From: Naegleria gruberi
Taxonomy: Eukaryota
Assembly: GCA_000004985.1 (NCBI GenBank)
Contig: GG738938.1
Reading direction: 5' to 3' (one strand)
Length of the DNA stretch: 56,452 nucleotides
In this document: positions 24,201 through 36,297 of the stretch, one piece after another
Numbering within the stretch: the stretch's first letter is position 1
Layout: each line of letters opens with the position of its first letter
Notes under the pieces: model-generated
The model's database searches: none
What the model was told of the DNA's origin: nothing
What the model saw: only the letters and a program-made list of their open reading frames with translations
Translations under genes and position numbers: made by a program

Positions 24201-27200
24201 NNNNNNNNNNNNNNNNNNNNNNNNNNNNNNNNNNNNNNNNNNNNNNNNNNNNNNNNNNNNNNNNNNNNNNNNNNNNNNNNNNNNNNNNNNNNNNNNNNNN
24301 NNNNNNNNNNNNNNNNNNNNNNNNNNNNNNNNNNNNNNNNNNNNNNNNNNNNNNNNNNNNNNNNNNNNNNNNNNNNNNNNNNNNNNNNNNNNNNNNNNNN
24401 NNNNNNNNNNNNNNNNNNNNNNNNNNNNNNNNNNNNNNNNNNNNNNNNNNNNNNNNNNNNNNNNNNNNNNNNNNNNNNNNNNNNNNNNNNNNNNNNNNNN
24501 NNNNNNNNNNNNNNNNNNNNNNNNNNNNNNNNNNNNNNNNNNNNNNNNNNNNNNNNNNNNNNNNNNNNNNNNNNNNNNNNNNNNNNNNNNNNNNNNNNNN
24601 NNNNNNNNNNNNNNNNNNNNNNNNNNNNNNNNNNNNNNNNNNNNNNNNNNNNNNNNNNNNNNNNNNNNNNNNNNNNNNNNNNNNNNNNNNNNNNNNNNNN
24701 NNNNNNNNNNNNNNNNNNNNNNNNNNNNNNNNNNNNNNNNNNNNNNNNNNNNNNNNNNNNNNNNNNNNNNNNNNNNNNNNNNNNNNNNNNNNNNNNNNNN
24801 NNNNNNNNNNNNNNNNNNNNNNNNNNNNNNNNNNNNNNNNNNNNNNNNNNNNNNNNNNNNNNNNNNNNNNNNNNNNNNNNNNNNNNNNNNNNNNNNNNNN
24901 NNNNNNNNNNNNNNNNNNNNNNNNNNNNNNNNNNNNNNNNNNNNNNNNNNNNNNNNNNNNNNNNNNNNNNNNNNNNNNNNNNNNNNNNNNNNNNNNNNNN
25001 NNNNNNNNNNNNNNNNNNNNNNNNNNNNNNNNNNNNNNNNNNNNNNNNNNNNNNNNNNNNNNNNNNNNNNNNNNNNNNNNNNNNNNNNNNNNNNNNNNNN
25101 NNNNNNNNNNNNNNNNNNNNNNNNNNNNNNNNNNNNNNNNNNNNNNNNNNNNNNNNNNNNNNNNNNNNNNNNNNNNNNNNNNNNNNNNNNNNNNNNNNNN
25201 NNNNNNNNNNNNNNNNNNNNNNNNNNNNNNNNNNNNNNNNNNNNNNNNNNNNNNNNNNNNNNNNNNNNNNNNNNNNNNNNNNNNNNNNNNNNNNNNNNNN
25301 NNNNNNNNNNNNNNNNNNNNNNNNNNNNNNNNNNNNNNNNNNNNNNNNNNNNNNNNNNNNNNNNNNNNNNNNNNNNNNNNNNNNNNNNNNNNNNNNNNNN
25401 NNNNNNNNNNNNNNNNNNNNNNNNNNNNNNNNNNNNNNNNNNNNNNNNNNNNNNNNNNNNNNNNNNNNNNNNNNNNNNNNNNNNNNNNNNNNNNNNNNNN
25501 NNNNNNNNNNNNNNNNNNNNNNNNNNNNNNNNNNNNNNNNNNNNNNNNNNNNNNNNNNNNNNNNNNNNNNNNNNNNNNNNNNNNNNNNNNNNNNNNNNNN
25601 NNNNNNNNNNNNNNNNNNNNNNNNNNNNNNNNNNNNNNNNNNNNNNNNNNNNNNNNNNNNNNNNNNNNNNNNNNNNNNNNNNNNNNNNNNNNNNNNNNNN
25701 NNNNNNNNNNNNNNNNNNNNNNNNNNNNNNNNNNNNNNNNNNNNNNNNNNNNNNNNNNNNNNNNNNNNNNNNNNNNNNNNNNNNNNNNNNNNNNNNNNNN
25801 NNNNNNNNNNNNNNNNNNNNNNNNNNNNNNNNNNNNNNNNNNNNNNNNNNNNNNNNNNNNNNNNNNNNNNNNNNNNNNNNNNNNNNNNNNNNNNNNNNNN
25901 NNNNNNNNNNNNNNNNNNNNNNNNNNNNNNNNNNNNNNNNNNNNNNNNNNNNNNNNNNNNNNNNNNNNNNNNNNNNNNNNNNNNNNNNNNNNNNNNNNNN
26001 NNNNNNNNNNNNNNNNNNNNNNNNNNNNNNNNNNNNNNNNNNNNNNNNNNNNNNNNNNNNNNNNNNNNNNNNNNNNNNNNNNNNNNNNNNNNNNNNNNNN
26101 NNNNNNNNNNNNNNNNNNNNNNNNNNNNNNNNNNNNNNNNNNNNNNNNNNNNNNNNNNNNNNNNNNNNNNNNNNNNNNNNNNNNNNNNNNNNNNNNNNNN
26201 NNNNNNNNNNNNNNNNNNNNNNNNNNNNNNNNNNNNNNNNNNNNNNNNNNNNNNNNNNNNNNNNNNNNNNNNNNNNNNNNNNNNNNNNNNNNNNNNNNNN
26301 NNNNNNNNNNNNNNNNNNNNNNNNNNNNNNNNNNNNNNNNNNNNNNNNNNNNNNNNNNNNNNNNNNNNNNNNNNNNNNNNNNNNNNNNNNNNNNNNNNNN
26401 NNNNNNNNNNNNNNNNNNNNNNNNNNNNNNNNNNNNNNNNNNNNNNNNNNNNNNNNNNNNNNNNNNNNNNNNNNNNNNNNNNNNNNNNNNNNNNNNNNNN
26501 NNNNNNNNNNNNNNNNNNNNNNNNNNNNNNNNNNNNNNNNNNNNNNNNNNNNNNNNNNNNNNNNNNNNNNNNNNNNNNNNNNNNNNNNNNNNNNNNNNNN
26601 NNNNNNNNNNNNNNNNNNNNNNNNNNNNNNNNNNNNNNNNNNNNNNNNNNNNNNNNNNNNNNNNNNNNNNNNNNNNNNNNNNNNNNNNNNNNNNNNNNNN
26701 NNNNNNNNNNNNNNNNNNNNNNNNNNNNNNNNNNNNNNNNNNNNNNNNNNNNNNNNNNNNNNNNNNNNNNNNNNNNNNNNNNNNNNNNNNNNNNNNNNNN
26801 NNNNNNNNNNNNNNNNNNNNNNNNNNNNNNNNNNNNNNNNNNNNNNNNNNNNNNNNNNNNNNNNNNNNNNNNNNNNNNNNNNNNNNNNNNNNNNNNNNNN
26901 NNNNNNNNNNNNNNNNNNNNNNNNNNNNNNNNNNNNNNNNNNNNNNNNNNNNNNNNNNNNNNNNNNNNNNNNNNNNNNNNNNNNNNNNNNNNNNNNNNNN
27001 NNNNNNNNNNNNNNNNNNNNNNNNNNNNNNNNNNNNNNNNNNNNNNNNNNNNNNNNNNNNNNNNNNNNNNNNNNNNNNNNNNNNNNNNNNNNNNNNNNNN
27101 NNNNNNNNNNNNNNNNNNNNNNNNNNNNNNNNNNNNNNNNNNNNNNNNNNNNNNNNNNNNNNNNNNNNNNNNNNNNNNNNNNNNNNNNNNNNNNNNNNNN

Positions 27201-30200
27201 NNNNNNNNNNNNNNNNNNNNNNNNNNNNNNNNNNNNNNNNNNNNNNNNNNNNNNNNNNNNNNNNNNNNNNNNNNNNNNNNNNNNNNNNNNNNNNNNNNNN
27301 NNNNNNNNNNNNNNNNNNNNNNNNNNNNNNNNNNNNNNNNNNNNNNNNNNNNNNNNNNNNNNNNNNNNNNNNNNNNNNNNNNNNNNNNNNNNNNNNNNNN
27401 NNNNNNNNNNNNNNNNNNNNNNNNNNNNNNNNNNNNNNNNNNNNNNNNNNNNNNNNNNNNNNNNNNNNNNNNNNNNNNNNNNNNNNNNNNNNNNNNNNNN
27501 NNNNNNNNNNNNNNNNNNNNNNNNNNNNNNNNNNNNNNNNNNNNNNNNNNNNNNNNNNNNNNNNNNNNNNNNNNNNNNNNNNNNNNNNNNNNNNNNNNNN
27601 NNNNNNNNNNNNNNNNNNNNNNNNNNNNNNNNNNNNNNNNNNNNNNNNNNNNNNNNNNNNNNNNNNNNNNNNNNNNNNNNNNNNNNNNNNNNNNNNNNNN
27701 NNNNNNNNNNNNNNNNNNNNNNNNNNNNNNNNNNNNNNNNNNNNNNNNNNNNNNNNNNNNNNNNNNNNNNNNNNNNNNNNNNNNNNNNNNNNNNNNNNNN
27801 NNNNNNNNNNNNNNNNNNNNNNNNNNNNNNNNNNNNNNNNNNNNNNNNNNNNNNNNNNNNNNNNNNNNNNNNNNNNNNNNNNNNNNNNNNNNNNNNNNNN
27901 NNNNNNNNNNNNNNNNNNNNNNNNNNNNNNNNNNNNNNNNNNNNNNNNNNNNNNNNNNNNNNNNNNNNNNNNNNNNNNNNNNNNNNNNNNNNNNNNNNNN
28001 NNNNNNNNNNNNNNNNNNNNNNNNNNNNNNNNNNNNNNNNNNNNNNNNNNNNNNNNNNNNNNNNNNNNNNNNNNNNNNNNNNNNNNNNNNNNNNNNNNNN
28101 NNNNNNNNNNNNNNNNNNNNNNNNNNNNNNNNNNNNNNNNNNNNNNNNNNNNNNNNNNNNNNNNNNNNNNNNNNNNNNNNNNNNNNNNNNNNNNNNNNNN
28201 NNNNNNNNNNNNNNNNNNNNNNNNNNNNNNNNNNNNNNNNNNNNNNNNNNNNNNNNNNNNNNNNNNNNNNNNNNNNNNNNNNNNNNNNNNNNNNNNNNNN
28301 NNNNNNNNNNNNNNNNNNNNNNNNNNNNNNNNNNNNNNNNNNNNNNNNNNNNNNNNNNNNNNNNNNNNNNNNNNNNNNNNNNNNNNNNNNNNNNNNNNNN
28401 NNNNNNNNNNNNNNNNNNNNNNNNNNNNNNNNNNNNNNNNNNNNNNNNNNNNNNNNNNNNNNNNNNNNNNNNNNNNNNNNNNNNNNNNNNNNNNNNNNNN
28501 NNNNNNNNNNNNNNNNNNNNNNNNNNNNNNNNNNNNNNNNNNNNNNNNNNNNNNNNNNNNNNNNNNNNNNNNNNNNNNNNNNNNNNNNNNNNNNNNNNNN
28601 NNNNNNNNNNNNNNNNNNNNNNNNNNNNNNNNNNNNNNNNNNNNNNNNNNNNNNNNNNNNNNNNNNNNNNNNNNNNNNNNNNNNNNNNNNNNNNNNNNNN
28701 NNNNNNNNNNNNNNNNNNNNNNNNNNNNNNNNNNNNNNNNNNNNNNNNNNNNNNNNNNNNNNNNNNNNNNNNNNNNNNNNNNNNNNNNNNNNNNNNNNNN
28801 NNNNNNNNNNNNNNNNNNNNNNNNNNNNNNNNNNNNNNNNNNNNNNNNNNNNNNNNNNNNNNNNNNNNNNNNNNNNNNNNNNNNNNNNNNNNNNNNNNNN
28901 NNNNNNNNNNNNNNNNNNNNNNNNNNNNNNNNNNNNNNNNNNNNNNNNNNNNNNNNNNNNNNNNNNNNNNNNNNNNNNNNNNNNNNNNNNNNNNNNNNNN
29001 NNNNNNNNNNNNNNNNNNNNNNNNNNNNNNNNNNNNNNNNNNNNNNNNNNNNNNNNNNNNNNNNNNNNNNNNNNNNNNNNNNNNNNNNNNNNNNNNNNNN
29101 NNNNNNNNNNNNNNNNNNNNNNNNNNNNNNNNNNNNNNNNNNNNNNNNNNNNNNNNNNNNNNNNNNNNNNNNNNNNNNNNNNNNNNNNNNNNNNNNNNNN
29201 NNNNNNNNNNNNNNNNNNNNNNNNNNNNNNNNNNNNNNNNNNNNNNNNNNNNNNNNNNNNNNNNNNNNNNNNNNNNNNNNNNNNNNNNNNNNNNNNNNNN
29301 NNNNNNNNNNNNNNNNNNNNNNNNNNNNNNNNNNNNNNNNNNNNNNNNNNNNNNNNNNNNNNNNNNNNNNNNNNNNNNNNNNNNNNNNNNNNNNNNNNNN
29401 NNNNNNNNNNNNNNNNNNNNNNNNNNNNNNNNNNNNNNNNNNNNNNNNNNNNNNNNNNNNNNNNNNNNNNNNNNNNNNNNNNNNNNNNNNNNNNNNNNNN
29501 NNNNNNNNNNNNNNNNNNNNNNNNNNNNNNNNNNNNNNNNNNNNNNNNNNNNNNNNNNNNNNNNNNNNNNNNNNNNNNNNNNNNNNNNNNNNNNNNNNNN
29601 NNNNNNNNNNNNNNNNNNNNNNNNNNNNNNNNNNNNNNNNNNNNNNNNNNNNNNNNNNNNNNNNNNNNNNNNNNNNNNNNNNNNNNNNNNNNNNNNNNNN
29701 NNNNNNNNNNNNNNNNNNNNNNNNNNNNNNNNNNNNNNNNNNNNNNNNNNNNNNNNNNNNNNNNNNNNNNNNNNNNNNNNNNNNNNNNNNNNNNNNNNNN
29801 NNNNNNNNNNNNNNNNNNNNNNNNNNNNNNNNNNNNNNNNNNNNNNNNNNNNNNNNNNNNNNNNNNNNNNNNNNNNNNNNNNNNNNNNNNNNNNNNNNNN
29901 NNNNNNNNNNNNNNNNNNNNNNNNNNNNNNNNNNNNNNNNNNNNNNNNNNNNNNNNNNNNNNNNNNNNNNNNNNNNNNNNNNNNNNNNNNNNNNNNNNNN
30001 NNNNNNNNNNNNNNNNNNNNNNNNNNNNNNNNNNNNNNNNNNNNNNNNNNNNNNNNNNNNNNNNNNNNNNNNNNNNNNNNNNNNNNNNNNNNNNNNNNNN
30101 NNNNNNNNNNNNNNNNNNNNNNNNNNNNNNNNNNNNNNNNNNNNNNNNNNNNNNNNNNNNNNNNNNNNNNNNNNNNNNNNNNNNNNNNNNNNNNNNNNNN

Positions 30201-33200
30201 NNNNNNNNNNNNNNNNNNNNNNNNNNNNNNNNNNNNNNNNNNNNNNNNNNNNNNNNNNNNNNNNNNNNNNNNNNNNNNNNNNNNNNNNNNNNNNNNNNNN
30301 NNNNNNNNNNNNNNNNNNNNNNNNNNNNNNNNNNNNNNNNNNNNNNNNNNNNNNNNNNNNNNNNNNNNNNNNNNNNNNNNNNNNNNNNNNNNNNNNNNNN
30401 NNNNNNNNNNNNNNNNNNNNNNNNNNNNNNNNNNNNNNNNNNNNNNNNNNNNNNNNNNNNNNNNNNNNNNNNNNNNNNNNNNNNNNNNNNNNNNNNNNNN
30501 NNNNNNNNNNNNNNNNNNNNNNNNNNNNNNNNNNNNNNNNNNNNNNNNNNNNNNNNNNNNNNNNNNNNNNNNNNNNNNNNNNNNNNNNNNNNNNNNNNNN
30601 NNNNNNNNNNNNNNNNNNNNNNNNNNNNNNNNNNNNNNNNNNNNNNNNNNNNNNNNNNNNNNNNNNNNNNNNNNNNNNNNNNNNNNNNNNNNNNNNNNNN
30701 NNNNNNNNNNNNNNNNNNNNNNNNNNNNNNNNNNNNNNNNNNNNNNNNNNNNNNNNNNNNNNNNNNNNNNNNNNNNNNNNNNNNNNNNNNNNNNNNNNNN
30801 NNNNNNNNNNNNNNNNNNNNNNNNNNNNNNNNNNNNNNNNNNNNNNNNNNNNNNNNNNNNNNNNNNNNNNNNNNNNNNNNNNNNNNNNNNNNNNNNNNNN
30901 NNNNNNNNNNNNNNNNNNNNNNNNNNNNNNNNNNNNNNNNNNNNNNNNNNNNNNNNNNNNNNNNNNNNNNNNNNNNNNNNNNNNNNNNNNNNNNNNNNNN
31001 NNNNNNNNNNNNNNNNNNNNNNNNNNNNNNNNNNNNNNNNNNNNNNNNNNNNNNNNNNNNNNNNNNNNNNNNNNNNNNNNNNNNNNNNNNNNNNNNNNNN
31101 NNNNNNNNNNNNNNNNNNNNNNNNNNNNNNNNNNNNNNNNNNNNNNNNNNNNNNNNNNNNNNNNNNNNNNNNNNNNNNNNNNNNNNNNNNNNNNNNNNNN
31201 NNNNNNNNNNNNNNNNNNNNNNNNNNNNNNNNNNNNNNNNNNNNNNNNNNNNNNNNNNNNNNNNNNNNNNNNNNNNNNNNNNNNNNNNNNNNNNNNNNNN
31301 NNNNNNNNNNNNNNNNNNNNNNNNNNNNNNNNNNNNNNNNNNNNNNNNNNNNNNNNNNNNNNNNNNNNNNNNNNNNNNNNNNNNNNNNNNNNNNNNNNNN
31401 NNNNNNNNNNNNNNNNNNNNNNNNNNNNNNNNNNNNNNNNNNNNNNNNNNNNNNNNNNNNNNNNNNNNNNNNNNNNNNNNNNNNNNNNNNNNNNNNNNNN
31501 NNNNNNNNNNNNNNNNNNNNNNNNNNNNNNNNNNNNNNNNNNNNNNNNNNNNNNNNNNNNNNNNNNNNNNNNNNNNNNNNNNNNNNNNNNNNNNNNNNNN
31601 NNNNNNNNNNNNNNNNNNNNNNNNNNNNNNNNNNNNNNNNNNNNNNNNNNNNNNNNNNNNNNNNNNNNNNNNNNNNNNNNNNNNNNNNNNNNNNNNNNNN
31701 NNNNNNNNNNNNNNNNNNNNNNNNNNNNNNNNNNNNNNNNNNNNNNNNNNNNNNNNNNNNNNNNNNNNNNNNNNNNNNNNNNNNNNNNNNNNNNNNNNNN
31801 NNNNNNNNNNNNNNNNNNNNNNNNNNNNNNNNNNNNNNNNNNNNNNNNNNNNNNNNNNNNNNNNNNNNNNNNNNNNNNNNNNNNNNNNNNNNNNNNNNNN
31901 NNNNNNNNNNNNNNNNNNNNNNNNNNNNNNNNNNNNNNNNNNNNNNNNNNNNNNNNNNNNNNNNNNNNNNNNNNNNNNNNNNNNNNNNNNNNNNNNNNNN
32001 NNNNNNNNNNNNNNNNNNNNNNNNNNNNNNNNNNNNNNNNNNNNNNNNNNNNNNNNNNNNNNNNNNNNNNNNNNNNNNNNNNNNNNNNNNNNNNNNNNNN
32101 NNNNNNNNNNNNNNNNNNNNNNNNNNNNNNNNNNNNNNNNNNNNNNNNNNNNNNNNNNNNNNNNNNNNNNNNNNNNNNNNNNNNNNNNNNNNNNNNNNNN
32201 NNNNNNNNNNNNNNNNNNNNNNNNNNNNNNNNNNNNNNNNNNNNNNNNNNNNNNNNNNNNNNNNNNNNNNNNNNNNNNNNNNNNNNNNNNNNNNNNNNNN
32301 NNNNNNNNNNNNNNNNNNNNNNNNNNNNNNNNNNNNNNNNNNNNNNNNNNNNNNNNNNNNNNNNNNNNNNNNNNNNNNNNNNNNNNNNNNNNNNNNNNNN
32401 NNNNNNNNNNNNNNNNNNNNNNNNNNNNNNNNNNNNNNNNNNNNNNNNNNNNNNNNNNNNNNNNNNNNNNNNNNNNNNNNNNNNNNNNNNNNNNNNNNNN
32501 NNNNNNNNNNNNNNNNNNNNNNNNNNNNNNNNNNNNNNNNNNNNNNNNNNNNNNNNNNNNNNNNNNNNNNNNNNNNNNNNNNNNNNNNNNNNNNNNNNNN
32601 NNNNNNNNNNNNNNNNNNNNNNNNNNNNNNNNNNNNNNNNNNNNNNNNNNNNNNNNNNNNNNNNNNNNNNNNNNNNNNNNNNNNNNNNNNNNNNNNNNNN
32701 NNNNNNNNNNNNNNNNNNNNNNNNNNNNNNNNNNNNNNNNNNNNNNNNNNNNNNNNNNNNNNNNNNNNNNNNNNNNNNNNNNNNNNNNNNNNNNNNNNNN
32801 NNNNNNNNNNNNNNNNNNNNNNNNNNNNNNNNNNNNNNNNNNNNNNNNNNNNNNNNNNNNNNNNNNNNNNNNNNNNNNNNNNNNNNNNNNNNNNNNNNNN
32901 NNNNNNNNNNNNNNNNNNNNNNNNNNNNNNNNNNNNNNNNNNNNNNNNNNNNNNNNNNNNNNNNNNNNNNNNNNNNNNNNNNNNNNNNNNNNNNNNNNNN
33001 NNNNNNNNNNNNNNNNNNNNNNNNNNNNNNNNNNNNNNNNNNNNNNNNNNNNNNNNNNNNNNNNNNNNNNNNNNNNNNNNNNNNNNNNNNNNNNNNNNNN
33101 NNNNNNNNNNNNNNNNNNNNNNNNNNNNNNNNNNNNNNNNNNNNNNNNNNNNNNNNNNNNNNNNNNNNNNNNNNNNNNNNNNNNNNNNNNNNNNNNNNNN

Positions 33201-34053
33201 NNNNNNNNNNNNNNNNNNNNNNNNNNNNNNNNNNNNNNNNNNNNNNNNNNNNNNNNNNNNNNNNNNNNNNNNNNNNNNNNNNNNNNNNNNNNNNNNNNNN
33301 NNNNNNNNNNNNNNNNNNNNNNNNNNNNNNNNNNNNNNNNNNNNNNNNNNNNNNNNNNNNNNNNNNNNNNNNNNNNNNNNNNNNNNNNNNNNNNNNNNNN
33401 NNNNNNNNNNNNNNNNNNNNNNNNNNNNNNNNNNNNNNNNNNNNNNNNNNNNNNNNNNNNNNNNNNNNNNNNNNNNNNNNNNNNNNNNNNNNNNNNNNNN
33501 NNNNNNNNNNNNNNNNNNNNNNNNNNNNNNNNNNNNNNNNNNNNNNNNNNNNNNNNNNNNNNNNNNNNNNNNNNNNNNNNNNNNNNNNNNNNNNNNNNNN
33601 NNNNNNNNNNNNNNNNNNNNNNNNNNNNNNNNNNNNNNNNNNNNNNNNNNNNNNNNNNNNNNNNNNNNNNNNNNNNNNNNNNNNNNNNNNNNNNNNNNNN
33701 NNNNNNNNNNNNNNNNNNNNNNNNNNNNNNNNNNNNNNNNNNNNNNNNNNNNNNNNNNNNNNNNNNNNNNNNNNNNNNNNNNNNNNNNNNNNNNNNNNNN
33801 NNNNNNNNNNNNNNNNNNNNNNNNNNNNNNNNNNNNNNNNNNNNNNNNNNNNNNNNNNNNNNNNNNNNNNNNNNNNNNNNNNNNNNNNNNNNNNNNNNNN
33901 NNNNNNNNNNNNNNNNNNNNNNNNNNNNNNNNNNNNNNNNNNNNNNNNNNNNNNNNNNNNNNNNNNNNNNNNNNNNNNNNNNNNNNNNNNNNNNNNNNNN
34001 NNNNNNNNNNNNNNNNNNNNNNNNNNNNNNNNNNNNNNNNNNNNNNNNNNNNN
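3279..34053. other. unresolved assembly gap (30,775 N)
   Basis: The sequence is a run of n characters. The ORF-track entries 3151..34185(+) and 3270..34910(-) exist only because N translates as X. Confidence 0.99.
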
Positions 34054-34910
34054 TCGTGTTTCATGGCAGAGCCAGATCTTCTCATGGAATCTCTATCTAG
34101 TAATGGTGTTGAAACGTTGGAATTTGGCTGTTCAGACAATAAACCCAAATTATCATCACTCATCAATGTACTCATAAAGTCTTGATCATCCAGTCCCATC
34201 ATGTCGTCATACATAAGGCCAAAATCTTCGCTTGAACCAAAAGCCATGATATTATCATCATTCATATCGAGATTGAAATCTGATGAAGATGTTTTAACAT
34301 CAACGGTTAAATTGTTTTCTGATGATTGATCCTTCTTATCACTCTCTTCGGCTGAACTTGATGTTTTAGATTGAGCTCTCTCACTTGTTGTTTGCTTTTT
34401 AAATTCTTCCATTCTCCTCGAACCAACAATACCTCTAATTTTCGATCTTAGAGATGATTGCTTCTTGACAATATTATTTCCAAATTGAGCATGGCATGAT
34501 TGTTTCTTCTTGGAATTTTCAACCATCTTGGCAATAGGACGTAAATAAATAATTTCAGAATTTTGATCCTTGCCTTGACTAAAGTATGGATCCTTATCAT
34601 TAAGTAAAACAGCATAAATTGAAGGTAATTTGACTGTTGGTGGTTCAGATTCAAGGGCTGGTATTTTAGGGGAAGATGTTGGATTGGATGAAGAGGTAGT
34701 TGGAATTGGATTATGTTGTTGGGAGGAAGAGTTTGTTGAATTATCATTATTCGACGTCGTGGGAATATCTAGCTTTCTATTGGAAGATGGAATTGTTGAT
34801 GAACTGCTTGAAGGAGGCTGCATACTCGTAAAACCAACATTAGTTTTAAGTGAAGAGGTAAGATGCGGACTTTGTTTGGTTGGTGATGCTGATGAAGGAT
34901 TCATCAGCAT
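34054..34910 (-). CDS. continuation (285 codons, then truncated by the gap) of the same N/S/T/Q-rich protein; contains an acidic and hydrophobic tail motif
   Basis: There is an open frame from 34910 down to the gap edge. The composition is S/T/P/N-rich, followed by a basic stretch (KKKQSCHAQFGNNIVKKQSSLRSKIRG) and an acidic tail DFNLDMNDDNIMAFGSSEDFGLMYDDMMGLDDQDFMSTLMSDDNLGLL. The frame is +1 relative to the upstream ORF. Confidence 0.5.
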
Positions 34911-34917
34911 GTTATTA

Positions 34918-36297
34918 TTAGCTCGATGCTGTACTCACAGACATGTTATTTCTTTGCGACAGAAACTGTTTGTTTGCTTCTTTAGGGGAGGATGGTACAA
35001 TCCCAGCAGATTGTTTTCTTGTGGCGGAGGAAGAGTTTGTTGAAGAATAATTTTCACCCAAGGTATTTTCAAGTTGAACTCCTTGGTTATTATTAACAAC
35101 AATAGAATTTAAATAATTATTGTTTAGAGTTGGTGTTAATGATGAAGAAGATGTTTTCAACAACAACTTGTTACCAACTGTAGTCGCAATACTATTCTTT
35201 TCTTCTTCACCTACTAGATAATTTAAAGACGATGATGGTTTGTTATTACCAGCAGAGATGTTAGTCGTCGTCGTAGTTGTGTTGGTGGTATTGCTGTTGT
35301 GACTCTTATCGGGAGAGACAACAACTTTTCGACCGATGATATTAGTTGATGATGATGTCTTTGAAGAACCTTGTACAAGTAGTTGCTGGTTACCCGGCAG
35401 CACAACTAGTGGAGTATTGTTGTTGGGAGAGACGACAATTTGTTTGTTTTGGAAATTTGTTGTTCCTTCTGATAATTTTTTAGACTTGTTTTGTTGTTGC
35501 ACAAGAGAAGGCGCGTTGTTCGTTATTATGGTCTTGCTCTGATTGTTTCCTTGTTCGTCTCTCTTGGATTGGTGAGGTTCGTGCTCAAATTCTCCAAATG
35601 GTGAATTACATAGAGTTGCATTTGTAATCTTATTGTGGTGGTGGAGTTGTTGTTGACTGCTGCCTTGTAATATTGGGGTACTTGTTTGGGAAGAAAACAA
35701 ACTTTGATATGGTTGTGATTGATTTTGTGTAATGAAATTAACTGGATAGGATGTGTTATTGTTTGTCATTATATTGTTATTATTCGCAGTAGTTAAAATT
35801 GAGGTGGTCGAAGAGGAGGATGAATCCTGTTGGTGACTATTCATGGATTGCATACTATTGTGTAAATCTGTTGAGAAAGATGAAGTGCTCGCATTATTTT
35901 TCTTAACACTATTCATACTCGAATTGTTACCTTCTTCTTCTTGTCTATTCATTACAAAATCAAGAGTTGGTTGTTTACCTGTAACAGTAGATGTTCTATA
36001 AAGAGTGGTAGCCAATTCTTGTGGTGATTGTCTTTGAATGGATGGCGAATTGAATGTATTTCGTAGTGACTTATTTTGTTCTATTTGCTTTTGGTATTGT
36101 TGAAAGTAGTAGCCAGTCGAAAGAATTGGTGGTGTTCCTTTCACATTATTAATTTGTTGATTCAAATTGAATGCATTGTTTTGGAGAATGCTGGTGGGAA
36201 AGAATGGACTTGATGAAGTTGAGCTGGCAGTGGAGCTGGTGCTGCCTCTTCTTCCTGAAGCTCCAAGAAAGTGGGATGCATTTGGATTATTGAACAT
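34918..36297 (-). CDS. N-terminal 459 codons of a long N/S/T/Q-rich low-complexity protein (gene continues below after a frame break at about 34910-34920)
   Basis: A genuine ATG sits at 36295-36297. The 459-codon ORF has Dictyostelid- or fungus-like homopolymeric N/T/S/Q runs. The next ORF on the same strand has identical composition and starts 8 nt after the stop in the +1 frame. Confidence 0.55.
   Translation of the reverse strand: MFNNPNASHFLGASGRRGSTSSTASSTSSSPFFPTSILQNNAFNLNQQINNVKGTPPILSTGYYFQQYQKQIEQNKSLRNTFNSPSIQRQSPQELATTLYRTSTVTGKQPTLDFVMNRQEEEGNNSSMNSVKKNNASTSSFSTDLHNSMQSMNSHQQDSSSSSTTSILTTANNNNIMTNNNTSYPVNFITQNQSQPYQSLFSSQTSTPILQGSSQQQLHHHNKITNATLCNSPFGEFEHEPHQSKRDEQGNNQSKTIITNNAPSLVQQQNKSKKLSEGTTNFQNKQIVVSPNNNTPLVVLPGNQQLLVQGSSKTSSSTNIIGRKVVVSPDKSHNSNTTNTTTTTTNISAGNNKPSSSLNYLVGEEEKNSIATTVGNKLLLKTSSSSLTPTLNNNYLNSIVVNNNQGVQLENTLGENYSSTNSSSATRKQSAGIVPSSPKEANKQFLSQRNNMSVSTASS

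Noticed and set aside
3151-34910. ORF-track entries of 10,344 aa (+) and 10,546 aa (-)
   Set aside because: These are almost entirely poly-X from the 30.8-kb N run. Only the short real flanks (3151-3278 and 34054-34910) are sequence. The minus flank is treated as part of the N/S/T/Q-rich gene..
34908-34920. Euplotes-style programmed +1 ribosomal frameshifting at AGC-TAA (with a second event at 54995)
   Set aside because: The second break is a +2/-1 shift and not +1. Both lie in homopolymer-rich draft sequence full of gaps. Assembly indels or tiny introns are the simpler explanation.
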